DNA of 63,203 bases, the filler included, from Octopus bimaculoides (lineage: Eukaryota): NCBI RefSeq assembly GCF_001194135.2. It is 12 parts of 12 records of this genome, joined end to end, with 100 filler letters (N's around TTAATTAATTAA, not from the genome) between each part and the next. Parts side by side here need not be neighbours in the genome. Positions count along the whole stretch, not along the records: positions 5,822 to 17,120 come from NC_068997.1; positions 17,221 to 23,155 come from NC_068982.1; positions 23,256 to 28,749 come from NC_068993.1; 9 more parts are not named here. One strand, given 5' to 3'. Position numbers and translations under genes: made by a program. Every line of letters begins with the position of its first letter. The first letter of the stretch is position 1. Positions 13,716 through 27,010 of this stretch are shown piece by piece. The notes under the pieces are model-generated. The model saw only the letters and a program-made list of their open reading frames with translations. It was not told where the DNA came from and did not search any database.

Positions 13716-13746
<31 letters not shown>

Positions 13747-14332
13747 GTATGTACAATTACAGTACAATTCTCAGATGATATATCAAGCAACGATTGCAAA
13801 ATTACACAATACTAATATTTAATACATTATATTGCATATATGCACAAATATATAATTTACATTTATTTTATCAAAACACCGCCGGTTAGCACTGGCATAC
13901 CCCACAAGAGAAACAACCAGTTCTATAAGCTCTGAATGATAGCTTCCTTTTACTCATTTAGTTAAATATTTACATTCGGCTTTGTGCCATCTGTTATTGT
14001 AAGAAATCTCATTTTAAATCTTGTTTTTATCCTATCTGATAAAATAGCTGATCTGCCAGATTTATTCAAGTTACAATTGAAGAATTAGAAACTTCGTTGC
14101 GCGAAACTATTGGCATTGTATTAACATTATCATATCGATGTGTTAAAAAAAAATATCCACCTATCATTGCTCTGTAGACCATTAACTTTCTACTATTATT
14201 TACTCAGATGTATGTACGCAAGTATGTCATTATTCAGTTTAATTTCAAGATTTCTTGGCAATAAAGAAAGAACTGGTTTCTAACCTAAATCCAAGGCTTC
14301 TTTATTGGAATTTCAACATTAACATGGTATTT

Positions 14333-14460
14333 TTGTATGTATGTAAGTATGTATGTATAAATGCATGTATGTATGTATCTATGTATATGTGCAGATTTGT
14401 ATGTATGTAAGTATGTATGTATAAATGCATGTATGTATGTATCTATGTATATGCGCAGAT
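14333..14460. repeat. 64-bp tandem duplication of a degenerate (GTAT)n tract
   Basis: gcagat anchors at 14391 and 14455. Confidence 0.85.
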
Positions 14461-14881
14461 TTGTATGTAGTGTTTTATGTATGTATTCTCAGGCATACAG
14501 TTGCACGTCTAGATATGCTCATATATACTTAAGTGATAAACTTCTGGGACGTTTTATGCAATCTGCTTCTAATAGGGCTCTATAGAGGAGATGCCACGTA
14601 TAGTGGGTAGAGAAGATAGATGGATAGAAAAACATTTTCCTACCTTAGAGCTCGAACTACAAGAACTATTTTCCCACCGTTTTCTCTTAATGCCTAATTA
14701 AGAAAAACGATTACTACCCAAATGAAATTACAGAGTGGTCGTACGGTAAATTTTCTGGGACTGCTCGTACAGTAAATTTTCATTACAGTAAAGTGATATT
14801 CTCGATTGAGTCACACGCGATAATTGTCTGGTATGCGCTTTATCGAGGCCTGGAAATTTATGGGTATAAATACTTATCTTT

Positions 14882-15265
14882 GGAGGCGAAATGGCCTAGT
14901 GGTTAGGGCAGCGGACTCGTGGTCATAGGATCGCAGTTTCGATTCTCAAACCGGGCGTTGTGAGTGTTTATTGAGCGAAAACACCTAAAGGTCCACGAGG
15001 CGGCAGGGGATGGTGGCGAACCCTGCTGTACTCTTTCACCACAACTTTCTCTCACTCTTACTTCCTGTTTCTGTTATGCCTGTAATTCAAAGGGTCAGCC
15101 TTGTCACACTGTGTCACGCTGAATATCCCCTAGAACTACGTTAAGGGTACGCGTCTCTGTGGAGTGCTCAGCCGCTTGCACGTTAATTTCACGAGCAGGC
15201 TGTTCCGTTGATCGGATCAACTGGAACCCTTGACGTCGTAAACGACGGAGTGGCAACAAAAAACA
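14882..15265 (+). mobile_element. tRNA-derived SINE family A, near full length, RTE-like tail
   Basis: A box tggcctagtgg, B-box-like gtttcgattc; other copies at 4228-4462 and about 9005-9325. Confidence 0.85.
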
Positions 15266-16062
15266 AATACTTATATAAGCCTAGCTGGTCGTACAGTACA
15301 TATTGAATACCGTATAATGTTGAACTTGAAAGAATCACACCCAATACGCGACGGGTATGTGCTATATCGAGCCCTGAAAAGATATAAGCAAATATTGATT
15401 CTGGCCGCATTTCAGATACAGAAAAATATGGGAACGTGCATTAAATACGGGTAAAGCAATTTCATCCAATGCACTATATGATTCTACCACTCACCTCAAC
15501 GTTCAGCTCCGTCACCGCCCTCACCGCTGTCGTCGACCTATATAAATAATAATGAAGCTAACAATAAATATTACTTATAAAAGACACTGAGGAAGGTGAG
15601 GTTTTTATAGGTTATAAATTAGTATTGCGAATTAATACCTACTTATGGAATAAAAGAACCGAATTATACATTACTTATATGTAGAACACAAACAGAAAGA
15701 GTAAAAGAAAAACAGAAAAACCAACAAAGAAATATATAAAAACACACAAGATAAACAGTAAATTTGTTCAAAGTAAATAGCACCATTTGTATTACCTATA
15801 TATTTATGAATCACACATCACTTTCTCTAGTTAGCCATATATCAATATCTATAACTATCTCGATGTTTATCTAACTATATATATATATATATATATACAA
15901 ACATATATATAGATATTTATATACATATAACGTACATATAAATATGTAAATATATATGTATATATATATGTGTGTATATATATATATACATATGTATATA
16001 CATATATGTATATATGTACATAAGGATATATAAACATATATACGTACATATATACATACATG

Positions 16063-16101
<39 letters not shown>

Positions 16102-16194
16102 GTATATACATATATGTATATATGTACATAAGGATATATATACATATATACGTACATATATACACACATGTATATAAATATATATATATATATA

Positions 16195-16230
<36 letters not shown>

Positions 16231-16390
16231 TATATGTATGTATATAAATATATACACATATGTGTATATAAATATATAATAAATATATATGCATATATGT
16301 AGATATTTATATATACATATACACACACATCGATTTATCCATTGGAAGTGTGTTTATTAGCCTGTATTCTCTAGAGTGTATAGAAGTGTA

Positions 16391-16460
<70 letters not shown>

Positions 16461-16725
16461 ATGTAACCGTCTGTCTGTCTGTGAAATCTATCTATTTATG
16501 TAACAAGTTAGCTTACGATCTATTCATCTGTTTAAATATCTACTAATATATTTATTTTTTTTCTGCTTCTATCAAGCCTTTGTAAATCACCTCGTCTTTC
16601 TCTCTCTCACACCCTCTCTATAAGACTTCTTCTCTAACTCTATTAATACTTCTCTCTCTGTCTGTGTGTCATACAGATACACACAGACACACATATATAC
16701 ATGTATATATATATATATATATATA

Positions 16726-16836
<111 letters not shown>

Positions 16837-17088
16837 TCTTACATACATGCTTACATATATGCATGCAATCACACACACATATACACACGCACATATACAT
16901 ACAGCTGCTTCTATTGCTGGATATCTAAGGGTCTATCAGCCGCCTAACAAAGACACCATCATAAGTTCTATTGCTATCTCTCACTGTATTTGTACAAATT
17001 ATATTTAGGATAAGGAAATAAACAAATATTACTTCTTCAAATGAAATTTTATGGCAGCAGTCGCTCTGGTTTCCAAACGATTTAACAC

Positions 17089-17120
<32 letters not shown>

Positions 17121-17220
17121 NNNNNNNNNNNNNNNNNNNNNNNNNNNNNNNNNNNNNNNNNNNNTTAATTAATTAANNNNNNNNNNNNNNNNNNNNNNNN
17201 NNNNNNNNNNNNNNNNNNNN
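17121..17220. other. Artificial scaffold linker
   Basis: 44N + TTAATTAATTAA (17165-17176) + 44N. Confidence 0.97.
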
Positions 17221-17277
<57 letters not shown>

Positions 17278-17281
17278 TCAC

Positions 17282-17358
17282 AGGCATGTGGCGTAGTGGT
17301 TAAGAGCGCGGGCTACTAACCCCAAGATTCCGAGTTCGATTCTAGGCAGTGACCTGGA
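17282..17358 (+). mobile_element. Very short tRNA-like SINE with (TAA)n tail
   Basis: A box tggcgtagtgg, B box gttcgattc, imperfect anticodon arm; second copy at 8505-8576(-). Confidence 0.75.
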
Positions 17359-18700
17359 TAATAATAATAATAATAACAACAACAACAAACAAGTGAGGAC
17401 AAATACCGTAAAATGTAAATAACTGAGACTTACAGTGAAACATTTAACAAAAATGTTCTGTTTCTATGATAACGAGTGTTGGACGAGCCAGATTTGCTTC
17501 AACACTGATATACACCAAAATATGCGTTATCTTTTTTATAGACTTAATCAACTTTCTCCCAATAACCTTGAATATTTAAGATATGCCAACTCATATTTGA
17601 AAGACTATTCATGTATTAAACACGAAACAGCAGCTATGAGGGAATTTAATTGTTTATTACATATATTTACGTTCAAATCTGTGAGACCTACAAGTGAATC
17701 CATGGGCTGCATATTTGATTCTTTATCTGATATGTATACCTTTATACATATCTATACTTCATATTAGGCTGTATATTCGACTAGCAACCAGCAATCAGAT
17801 TCAATTTCAACGCTTAAACAACCTTGTCTCTCAATGCGTAGACATTTGATACACAAATTCTTAAACCTATGCTGTAGGAACTGATAAAGTGACTGTACAA
17901 GTACGATGCAGAATGTATCTATATGACTCCTGCAAGCAGTCCAATTGTTTTCAAACATATTACATTTCGTGCTCGTGCTTTTTTCTTATAATATGCACAG
18001 ATCTTGGAAAAAGTAGCATGCATTAGTGAAAAACTGACATTTGATTACGTATCCTTCATGGTATATCATGCGACATCATGCAACTTCACCAACAGTGCAT
18101 TCATTCGAGATTCGAAGATTTACTCCCTAAGTACCTCCGCCATATGTAGCCTTGAATATATGCAGAACTTATTCGGTATTATTAATCAATTCGCTTGATA
18201 TCATGAACTGAAATTCTTGAAGGCGAAATTTCAGTATATACTATCTAATATATACTACATACATGTATGTATATACATATATGTATGCATGTACGAATGT
18301 ATGTGGTATATATTAGATAGTACACAGACAAATACACACACACACACACACATATGTGTGTGTGTACATATATATATTTAATGTAGTTAATGTATATTTA
18401 ATATACGCATATATATATGTATATATATTTAATGTATTACTATTATTCACTTTTTATCTAATATTTTTATATAATTATATATATATTTGTATTGTATGTT
18501 ATATTTTTTTCATATACATATATTTGTATTCTATGATTGTATATATATCAAATTTATATATACTATATAGGTGGATAGGTAGATAGATGATATACATAAT
18601 ATATGTATGACATATGAATACATATATATGCGCATGTATATATATACATATATATATAGGCATGTAGAATATAATATATTGAATATGTTATGTATATGAA

Positions 18701-18702
<2 letters not shown>

Positions 18703-18792
<90 letters not shown>
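18703..18792. repeat. (TG)n microsatellite
   Basis: About 45 perfect units; many further (TA)n, (CA)n, (GATA)n and (TACA)n tracts occur throughout the window. Confidence 0.97.
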
Positions 18793-18796
<4 letters not shown>

Positions 18797-19539
18797 TGTG
18801 TGTGTACGCACCTACAAGGATAAAGCCTTATGTTGGCAGTGAAACTCTTTATTCTTTATACTTCTCTCGAAATCAAAGTATCCTTTGGACAAAAAAATCT
18901 CTTAAAATATCTTCATTTAAATAAATCAGTTTGCTAACATATTGACGTCAGAGAAAAATATGAACACTTTTATATGAACTCTAAAAGAAATGAAAACTTC
19001 TAAGGTTTCGTCACACCCCCACCTAATTCGGCTTTATACAAGATATCTAAATATCTGCATGATATCGTCGTGATACCAGCAGTTTTGCTTTGTTTTTTTA
19101 TATTTACTTATCAGATATTTCAAGTTGCATATATTGATTTCAAGACCAGTTTTAGCATGGGTGAATGAATGCATAGTGGATTGACTCAACCCAAATATAT
19201 TAATGGTACTTATTTTATTTGACTCTGAATAGATTAAAGAATATCCGAGCACAACTGGGTTTGAAATAAGGAAATAAAAAGAGAAAATAAATGCAAAAAT
19301 TAATGCATTTCATCCTGTGCTCTCCGTTTATACTAACCTATATAGTATTGATTTCTAACGTTGAAGCAAGGCAGCTACGAATCTGGGAGAAGGGCAGTAT
19401 CTATTAAATGAACCAAGCTCTTCACTGGTACTTATTTCATCGACATCTGCGTGGCTTGAACTCAGAATATTGAAATACAAACAAAAATAAACAAAATGCA
19501 TAATAGATTTGGTATGCTGCTCTGAAATGTCTACTTAAT

Positions 19540-19753
19540 ATTGGTTTCAAATTGTGGTACAATGCCAGCAACTTCGGGGGAGGGAGAAAGTCGGTTCGAT
19601 CAACCCCAGTACTAAATGGTACTTATTTTATCGACCTCGAAATGATGAAAGGCAAAGTCGACCTCGGCGGAATTTGAACTCAGAACGCAAAGACAGACGA
19701 AGTGCCGCTAAGCATTTCGCCCGGCGCGATAACGTTTCTGCCAGCTCATCGCC
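19540..19753 (-). mobile_element. tRNA-derived SINE family C (ggcgagctggcagaa... gagttcaaattcc)
   Basis: Copies at about 1786-1995(-), 24835-25047(-), 39666-39845(+), 47770-47890(-), 49170-49290(+), 50100-50280(-), 50290-50490(-), 50830-51040(-), 55855-56060(+), 58527-58598(+). Confidence 0.85.
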
Positions 19754-19880
19754 TTTGATTTCTCTCTTAAGCAGAAACGAATTTTTGCAATATACAGATT
19801 AAACAAATGAACATTTCTATTCCTTTTCCTGTTCAAAAGACAATTGTATCGTCACCTTTTTATATACCTGATGTGTGATA

Positions 19881-22023
19881 CAGTCGGTGCAAGCCAAAAC
19901 AACCAGCTAACACTCACAATTGGCTCCTCACAGTACATATGTCAAACCATGCATTGTTTATATGCTGTATGAGAGAGGGTATCATTTTTTGTCAATCAGC
20001 TAGCAGTACTATAGGAATGTGCAAAGAAGCGGTCTGTTGTAAAACTATAACGCTATGTATTACATATTTATTCTACATGTGACATTGTGCTCTCTTTTAT
20101 GTTGTTCGAGTATTACTGTGTTCGTATCTCACTTACTGACACAAGCAGAGTAAATTCTGCTCTCACCTATTGAGTACTGTAAACTAACCAAGAAAGACAT
20201 TTGTAACTGCAGAAACCTCCATTATTAAATGATAATATCAGAAACCACCGGAGAGCATTGATGTACGATACTGTTGGGGGATATTGTAATGATCTAGACC
20301 GATTAAGGATGCAGTTTTGTATTAGAGATTTGATTATTGTATTGCTTGTATGTGCAGTCAAGTGGAAATTTCTATAGCGATTTGTGATATAGTGATAATT
20401 GAAATGTTAATATGATGCTAAATTATTATTTCTAACGATGTGGTCACTGAAGTTCATCTATTCCCTATGAATAGTACTGCATTACTGCATTTTCTAATGG
20501 CTTTATTAGAAGTGGAATGGCAGCATACATGACAATTAGCAAAGCCTCAACAATCTATGGGAAAAAGAGAAGAGGTTATCCTCAGACTGGAAATTAGGTT
20601 CAAATGTTTGGAACAGAATGGGCTCTGCTTAAAGTAAGACACAACCAGGTGGTAGTTTTAAACCAGAAAATGAATTACATCTACCACAAAAGACAATTAA
20701 CAGTCCCTCAGAGAGCTTTTCACATAGTTTCCCTGAACCAAACATCACTCAAAAATCTTTACTCGATTCGAGGCTGTAGTAGCCACTTGCGTTCAAGGTA
20801 CAACGCAGTGGAATTGAACTCGATTCTATTGCATGCTACCTTGCCATTATGAATCGAAATTAACCACTCTACCATATCTATGCCCATTGGTATTGACTGA
20901 AGCTTACTTTTGTTGTCTTTTTGTTTTAATACTAGTTGGTTATACATAATGGCAAATACATATAAATAGTGGAATGATCCTTGAAGAACGAACAAATAGT
21001 TTGGTCACAACTTATGTATCATATAATATTATTGAATCTCTTGAAGCTGGCGAATTAGCAAAATCTTCAGAACGCCAGACAAATTTTATTATGGTTATTT
21101 GCGTTCTGTGTTAAATTCCGCCTAAGTCGTCTTTGCCTTTCATTCTTCCGGAGTCAATAAGATAAATACCAATTGACCAGTGGATCAATCTAATCGATGA
21201 TGCCTACCTCTCAAAATTAGAGACTTTATGCCTAAGTTACAAATTACACCAAAGAAGTAGTATATCTATGATCAATTAAACCATTTGATAGAGGAACTAT
21301 ATACCCAGAGGAACTATAAGTGTTCATTGCTAACGACTTCAAGGGAAGTTGCAGTCAATATCGATAATTTTTAGGTCTAGGAACAGGAAACACTCTTCTT
21401 TCTTGTTTCTGAATAACTCAAAAAGTATATAATAGATCTCGTATAACTTGGACTATTGTTGACAGAACTTCACTATATCCCACCAGATTAAACCGTTAAC
21501 CTTGCTTATCTGAAAAGTTCCATAGACTAAAATAACTGGCAATATCTTTCAATAGAAGGTTTTAGTAGTTCTCGCTTTCAGTATTCTGTTATATGGAGTT
21601 TTATTATCAGTCTTTAGACACTTCTCAGTCGATGCTGGCCAAAACAACCAACTAACACTCACAATAGGCTTCTGAAAGTACTTCTACCAAATCATGCATT
21701 GTTTATATGCCGTATGAGAGAGAATATCAATTTATGTCAATCAGCTAGCAGTACTATAGGAATGTGCAAAGATAGAACATGAAACACTGAGAAGCGATCC
21801 GTTGTTGAAACTATAACGCTATGTATTATATATTTATTCTACATGTGGTATTGTACTCTCTTTTATGTTGTTCGAGTATTACTGTGTTCGTATCTCACTT
21901 ACTGACACAGAGTAAATTCCGCTCTCACCTATTGAGCACCGTCAACGAACCAAGAAGGACATATGTAAATGCAGACCCTCCATTACTAAATGATAATATC
22001 AGAAACCACAGGAGAGCATTGAT
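19881..22023 (+). repeat. Dispersed direct duplication of about 380-400 bp (19881-20262 and 21626-22023)
   Basis: Colinear, roughly 85% identical by eye, with 20-nt and 4-nt indels. Confidence 0.85.
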
Positions 22024-22063
22024 TTGTTCAGTCAGCCAAAACCATCGAAAAGTTGCCCTATAA
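21400..22063 (+). pseudogene. Possible decayed class A GPCR-like coding remnant
   Basis: Hydrophobic stretches interrupted by stops: WTIVDR, VLVVLAFSILLYGVLL, KYFYQIMHCLY, EKRSVVETITLCIIYLFY, LYSLLCCSSITVFVSHLLTQSKFRSHLL. Confidence 0.25.
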
Positions 22064-23066
22064 AATATGGGCTTGAAACTCTGCGTAATGAATATACTAT
22101 AAGCTGAAGCTGTAACACAGCACATTTAATATTTACTTTAAGATGTCGAAGTCTTTTTTACTTTGTTCATGATTTACTGTATGTGTGTACATATATATAT
22201 ACATTCATTCTTATACATATGCACGCGCATACATGCAAACATACATACGTACATATATGTGTGTGTACAGTTTATTGAAGACACAACGTTAGAATCCCGT
22301 AGAAGATACATACATTTTTTCTGTCATTTATATTAGAAGTATATATCAAGCCATACATTAATACTGCGGGGAGTGAGATCCCTGTTCACAGTCCGCTGAT
22401 GTGTGTAATTTTAGATAATTAGATGAATTTGGACAGGCGCTGTTGTGATGTCACTTTTGTGTAGTGGCTAGCATAAGTATACGATTTAGTGCAGACGCAG
22501 CGTTCGATACAACTTTTTCCCGCCTCCGTGTATATGGTTTCTGTGTATGTGTGCGGATTCCCTGTTGATTTCTATGAGGAAAGCTTCAGTTCTTCGAGTA
22601 ATGAAGATTCCTGTTTATGGAACTGTAGTGTAAGTGGATGCGAATTCCACATACAGATGCACACTTAATACTACGCTAGCGAAAATTGAACGTAACACAA
22701 TGTAATAAGGTTGGCCTTTGAAAATACATCTGGTAGGCTTCCACACAGTTTCCGTCAACACAAGTGCATTCACAGGACATGTATCCAGGAGCCACATATT
22801 GGGATCGAATCCACAACTTCATGATTGAGAAGCATCTATAAAGATAGAGAGAGGGGAAGAGAGGAAGAGAGAGGGAGGGAGAGAAAAGGGATGGGGAAGA
22901 TACGTTTGTATTATGAATACATTTATGAATAGATAGAGGTGGGTGAGAGTTACATAATAAATGCATGACTTGATGCTCACATCCTTTTGAATTCAAAGTC
23001 GATAATATAATTCATGTGTGTGTGTGTACATGCATAAAAGCATTCATACGTGTGTGCATGCAAATA

Positions 23067-23108
<42 letters not shown>

Positions 23109-23155
23109 CACATATATATATACATACATACACATATATATATATATATATATAT

Positions 23156-23255
23156 NNNNNNNNNNNNNNNNNNNNNNNNNNNNNNNNNNNNNNNNNNNNT
23201 TAATTAATTAANNNNNNNNNNNNNNNNNNNNNNNNNNNNNNNNNNNNNNNNNNNN
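23156..23255. other. Artificial scaffold linker
   Basis: 44N + TTAATTAATTAA (23200-23211) + 44N. Confidence 0.97.
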
Positions 23256-23491
23256 TAATGACCTTATCTATCCCGAGAGAGCAGGAAATCTCAATGAATA
23301 GTGGGTATCCGAGGCCTCCAACCCTCAGCTATGAGAATGGAAATAGTCATTAATTCATTCGTAATTTGATACTGAGTAAATTGAGACGGCTAGCCTTCGA
23401 CTTTTTGTCTAAAAGGGTTTTAGCCCTTATTTACATGCTATTATTTATAGCTTTACTTAGTGTTCTATAGTATACACACTCACGCACACAC

Positions 23492-23525
<34 letters not shown>

Positions 23526-23535
23526 NNNNNNNNNN

Positions 23536-23572
<37 letters not shown>

Positions 23573-25074
23573 GTACGTATATATGACATAATCATTAAAT
23601 AACAAGGGAAAACAATATCTATTAATTCAATCATTTCATTCTTTACGTATGTTCCAATAACACCCCAGTCTTCAAAAATGTAAATTATTTAACTAACGGT
23701 ATGATATGACTCGACAGAATATTTATCTGTAATGTTTATAGAAGTGAAGGGAGCAGAGAAAAATGTAGCCTTTGTTATTAAACATGAATACGTTCTTGTG
23801 AGTGTATATATTAGAGTGTAATGAAGTATATTAAATTCTAAACAAATGGTTACTTGTAAAGACTGATACATCAAAAAATATAATTATACATACATACATA
23901 CATACATACATACATACATACATACATACATACATACATACATACATGCATGCATGCATGCATGCCTAAAACAATATTCTAATTTTCCTTATTAGATTTA
24001 GAAGATGTTAGGGTCTGAAGAAAAGTTTACGAGTTATAAACATGGAAATACTTTAATGCAAGGTTAAATATGTACATTATTATAGTGAGTTGATGTTGTT
24101 GTTTAATCCAGAACAAGCCTGATAGAGCAGTCCTGTTATCAAAGGCATCCCAGCCGTAACTATCCCGTATTTTATTCAATGTTTTAATGTATTTAAAGTC
24201 GGATAAACTGCTTTACGAGTCTTGCTCCGGCTCTCTGCGCACGAAGTTCAAATCCTACCTAATTCAGCTATGCCTTTCAATCTTTTGGGATCGGCAAATT
24301 AAGCAACCAGTCCAGAATGGTGGATTGGCGTAATTGTTAGAGCATCAAACAAGATGCCTTACGATATCTCTTTCGTTCTCAGTTCATATTGCTCCCCCTA
24401 TCATTGTCCTGCTTCAGGCAAGAAACAAAAATTTGAGAACCCGATTAACTGTGATTTCTTTCTCAGTGTCATACGGAAAGATGCGTCGGCTTTATCAATA
24501 TACCTGAATGCAAACATTTAACCTATTCTTGAAACAAATCTACATTATTCAGTGTATTCTTTAATTATATGAAATGATATAGTGTGATCTGAGAAAGATT
24601 TGATTGTTATTTCTATAACGACCGCCTAGAATGGGGCTGTGAGAATCATTTTTAGTACCAGAGGTAATTTGCAAGTGCTTAAAATTTTACAGGTTGCGTC
24701 TGTACCGAGAAAAATATCGTACTTTTAATTTTACAAGTTCATACGTTTGATAATGATAATAATCCTTACACTGCTACTACTACTACTACTACTACTAATA
24801 ATAATAATGATAATAACAACAACAATAAAAATAATCCTTTCTACTAAAGGCACAAGGCCTGAAATTTTTGCAGAGAGGACCTGTCGATTACGTCGTCACT
24901 AGTGTCTCACTTTTACTTAATTTATTGACCCCAAAAAGATGAAAGACAAAGCCGACCTCGGCGGATTTGAACTCAGAACATAAAGACAGACGAAATACCG
25001 CTAAACACTTTGCCCGGTTTGCTAACGATACTGCCAGCTCACCACCTTAATAATAATAACAACAATAATAATAA

Positions 25075-25950
25075 GGAAGCTTGCAAATTCGCAAGGGAAC
25101 TTGGCATTAACCCTGAATTAGATGAAGAGCCTGTAATCACTGCCACCAAACAAAAAACGGATCAAGCAGACTGCAAAAATGAACGGGTAGAAACAAACTG
25201 AGGAGCGGTGGAGTTAGAAGCCTCTGCATGGACAGTATATACTTTGAAGCCGAAATGCTGATATAGGCCAAGCAACAACCTACCAGTGGTTGATAAGTTC
25301 AGGACTAAAAGCAGAGACTGAAGGTTTCATATTGGTGGCACAAGATCAAAGCTTGCTTACCAAAAACTACCAGGCTAACGTTCTACAAGACGGTTCTGAT
25401 CCTAAATACAGATTCTACGATACATTTGACGAAACAATAGACCATCCCACCTCGGGATGTCTTGTGCTGATACCAAATGTATGCAAAAATCGCCACTATA
25501 GAGTAGGACAGTATTTACATTGGAAAACATGTAAACACTACAAAATCAGCACTCCTGCTTACTGGTATGAACATCATCCTGAGCCAGTCGTTGAAGGTAA
25601 AAATGTCACTATCCTCTGGGATTTTCCAGTCAACACCGACAGAACGATCCAGGCTAATCGACCAAAGACAGAGAAGAAAATACCTGTAGACTAATAGATG
25701 TAAGTGATAAAAATATATCAGTAAAGGAATTTGACAAATTAAGTAAATATAAGGACCTGGAAATTGAAATACGAAAGATGTGGTATCTGAAAGCGAGAAC
25801 TGTTCCTGTTAGGTGCCCTTGGCATGATAAAAAATGGATGTCAGAAACATTTAGATAATATCCCAGGAGATCCATGTCTCAGAGAAATCCAAAAGATTGT
25901 GCTGACAAGTACTGCCCACATCCTTAGAAAAAACTCTATCAATTTAAATG
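25075..25950 (+). mobile_element. R4/Dong-clade LINE, 5'-truncated C-terminal fragment
   Basis: KPLHGQY, GLKAETEGFIL.AQDQSL, ETIDH..SGC, ILWDFPV.TDRTIQANRP, KLSKYKDLEIEI, TAHILRK; begins directly after (TAA)n. Confidence 0.85.
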
Positions 25951-26945
25951 TCTGTTACAGCCTCAGGGTGGTGCTTGTACTGTTTGTCAGCAGTTTTGAT
26001 TTTATAATGCCGACACATTATCCAGTGTAGATATTGGCCAACTCTATCATGTCTTGATTTGTACTCTACAGCTACTAAAACCTTACATCCAGAGATTAGG
26101 TGGTCCACTGTTTCAGCACATCGTTGCAGTATTGGCACTTTGGATATACACCACTACACCATTTTTCATCACATTGGCTTGATAGTTCTGGGTCAATAAG
26201 CTCTGATCTTCACTCTCTGTCTTTAGCGCTGAGCTCCGTAGCTACTGATGGGTGTGCTTTTGGTCTACATCAGCTTGTTTGCTACGGGTCACATATTTGC
26301 TATGCAGAGATTTTTGTTCCTATCCATCAGCCAATTGTTCAAACGCATTTTGCTTTGCTATTGATTTCGACTTTTTTGCAATTACAGTTACTGCACCTCT
26401 ATCATGCTGTTAAACCTGGGTATTATGAAAATCGTTTGCTTTCTATCATAATAGGATGAAGCTTCTTGCGTCTTTCATAGTTTTCAACGAGCTTTAGCAT
26501 CCAGTCGTTAGATATTTCAAGATATTTTGCCTGTCCAATTGTGGTGGTTTCATGGGAGATTATAAATTGGATCAAGCTCTGGGTGGGTAAAGACGATTTG
26601 GAAAGTGGCCTTGGCACATTTATCAAGACTAAATTCCATCCCAATGTCATCACTGAACGCTTTCACAGTACGTAGTAGTCCTTCAAGCTCATTATCATCT
26701 TTGCCATAGAGTTTTAAGTCATCCATATCAAATAGATGACATATTTTCTTGTCGCCAATTTTATATCCATACCCTGTTCTGTTGAGTTCACTTGTAAGAG
26801 GTATTATGGCTCTGCAGAAAATTAAAGGTGAAAGTGAGTTACCTTGGAAAATGCCGCAGCTGATATTAATATTTTTTATGGTCAGAACGCCATTAGAGTA
26901 GTATAATTGGAGATTCATATGCTGTGCTTCAGGAAGTTTGAAATT
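25951..26945 (-). mobile_element. R4/Dong-clade LINE fragment (RT to zinc knuckle, with deletions)
   Basis: GIFQGNSLSPLIFC, HLFDMDDLKLY, DIGMEFSLDKCAK, then ETVDHLISGCKVL..RHDRVGQYLHW. Confidence 0.85.
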
Positions 26946-26961
26946 CCATGAGAAATTTTTA

Positions 26962-27007
<46 letters not shown>

Positions 27008-27010
<3 letters not shown>

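Noticed and set aside
15500-15545. Possible 43-nt minus-strand micro-exon with a gtgagt donor
   Set aside because: No homology or partner exons; could be chance.
17282-17358. Functional tRNA-Ser(ACT) gene
   Set aside because: Anticodon and acceptor stems are mispaired, it has a (TAA)n tail and a diverged second copy; better explained as a SINE.
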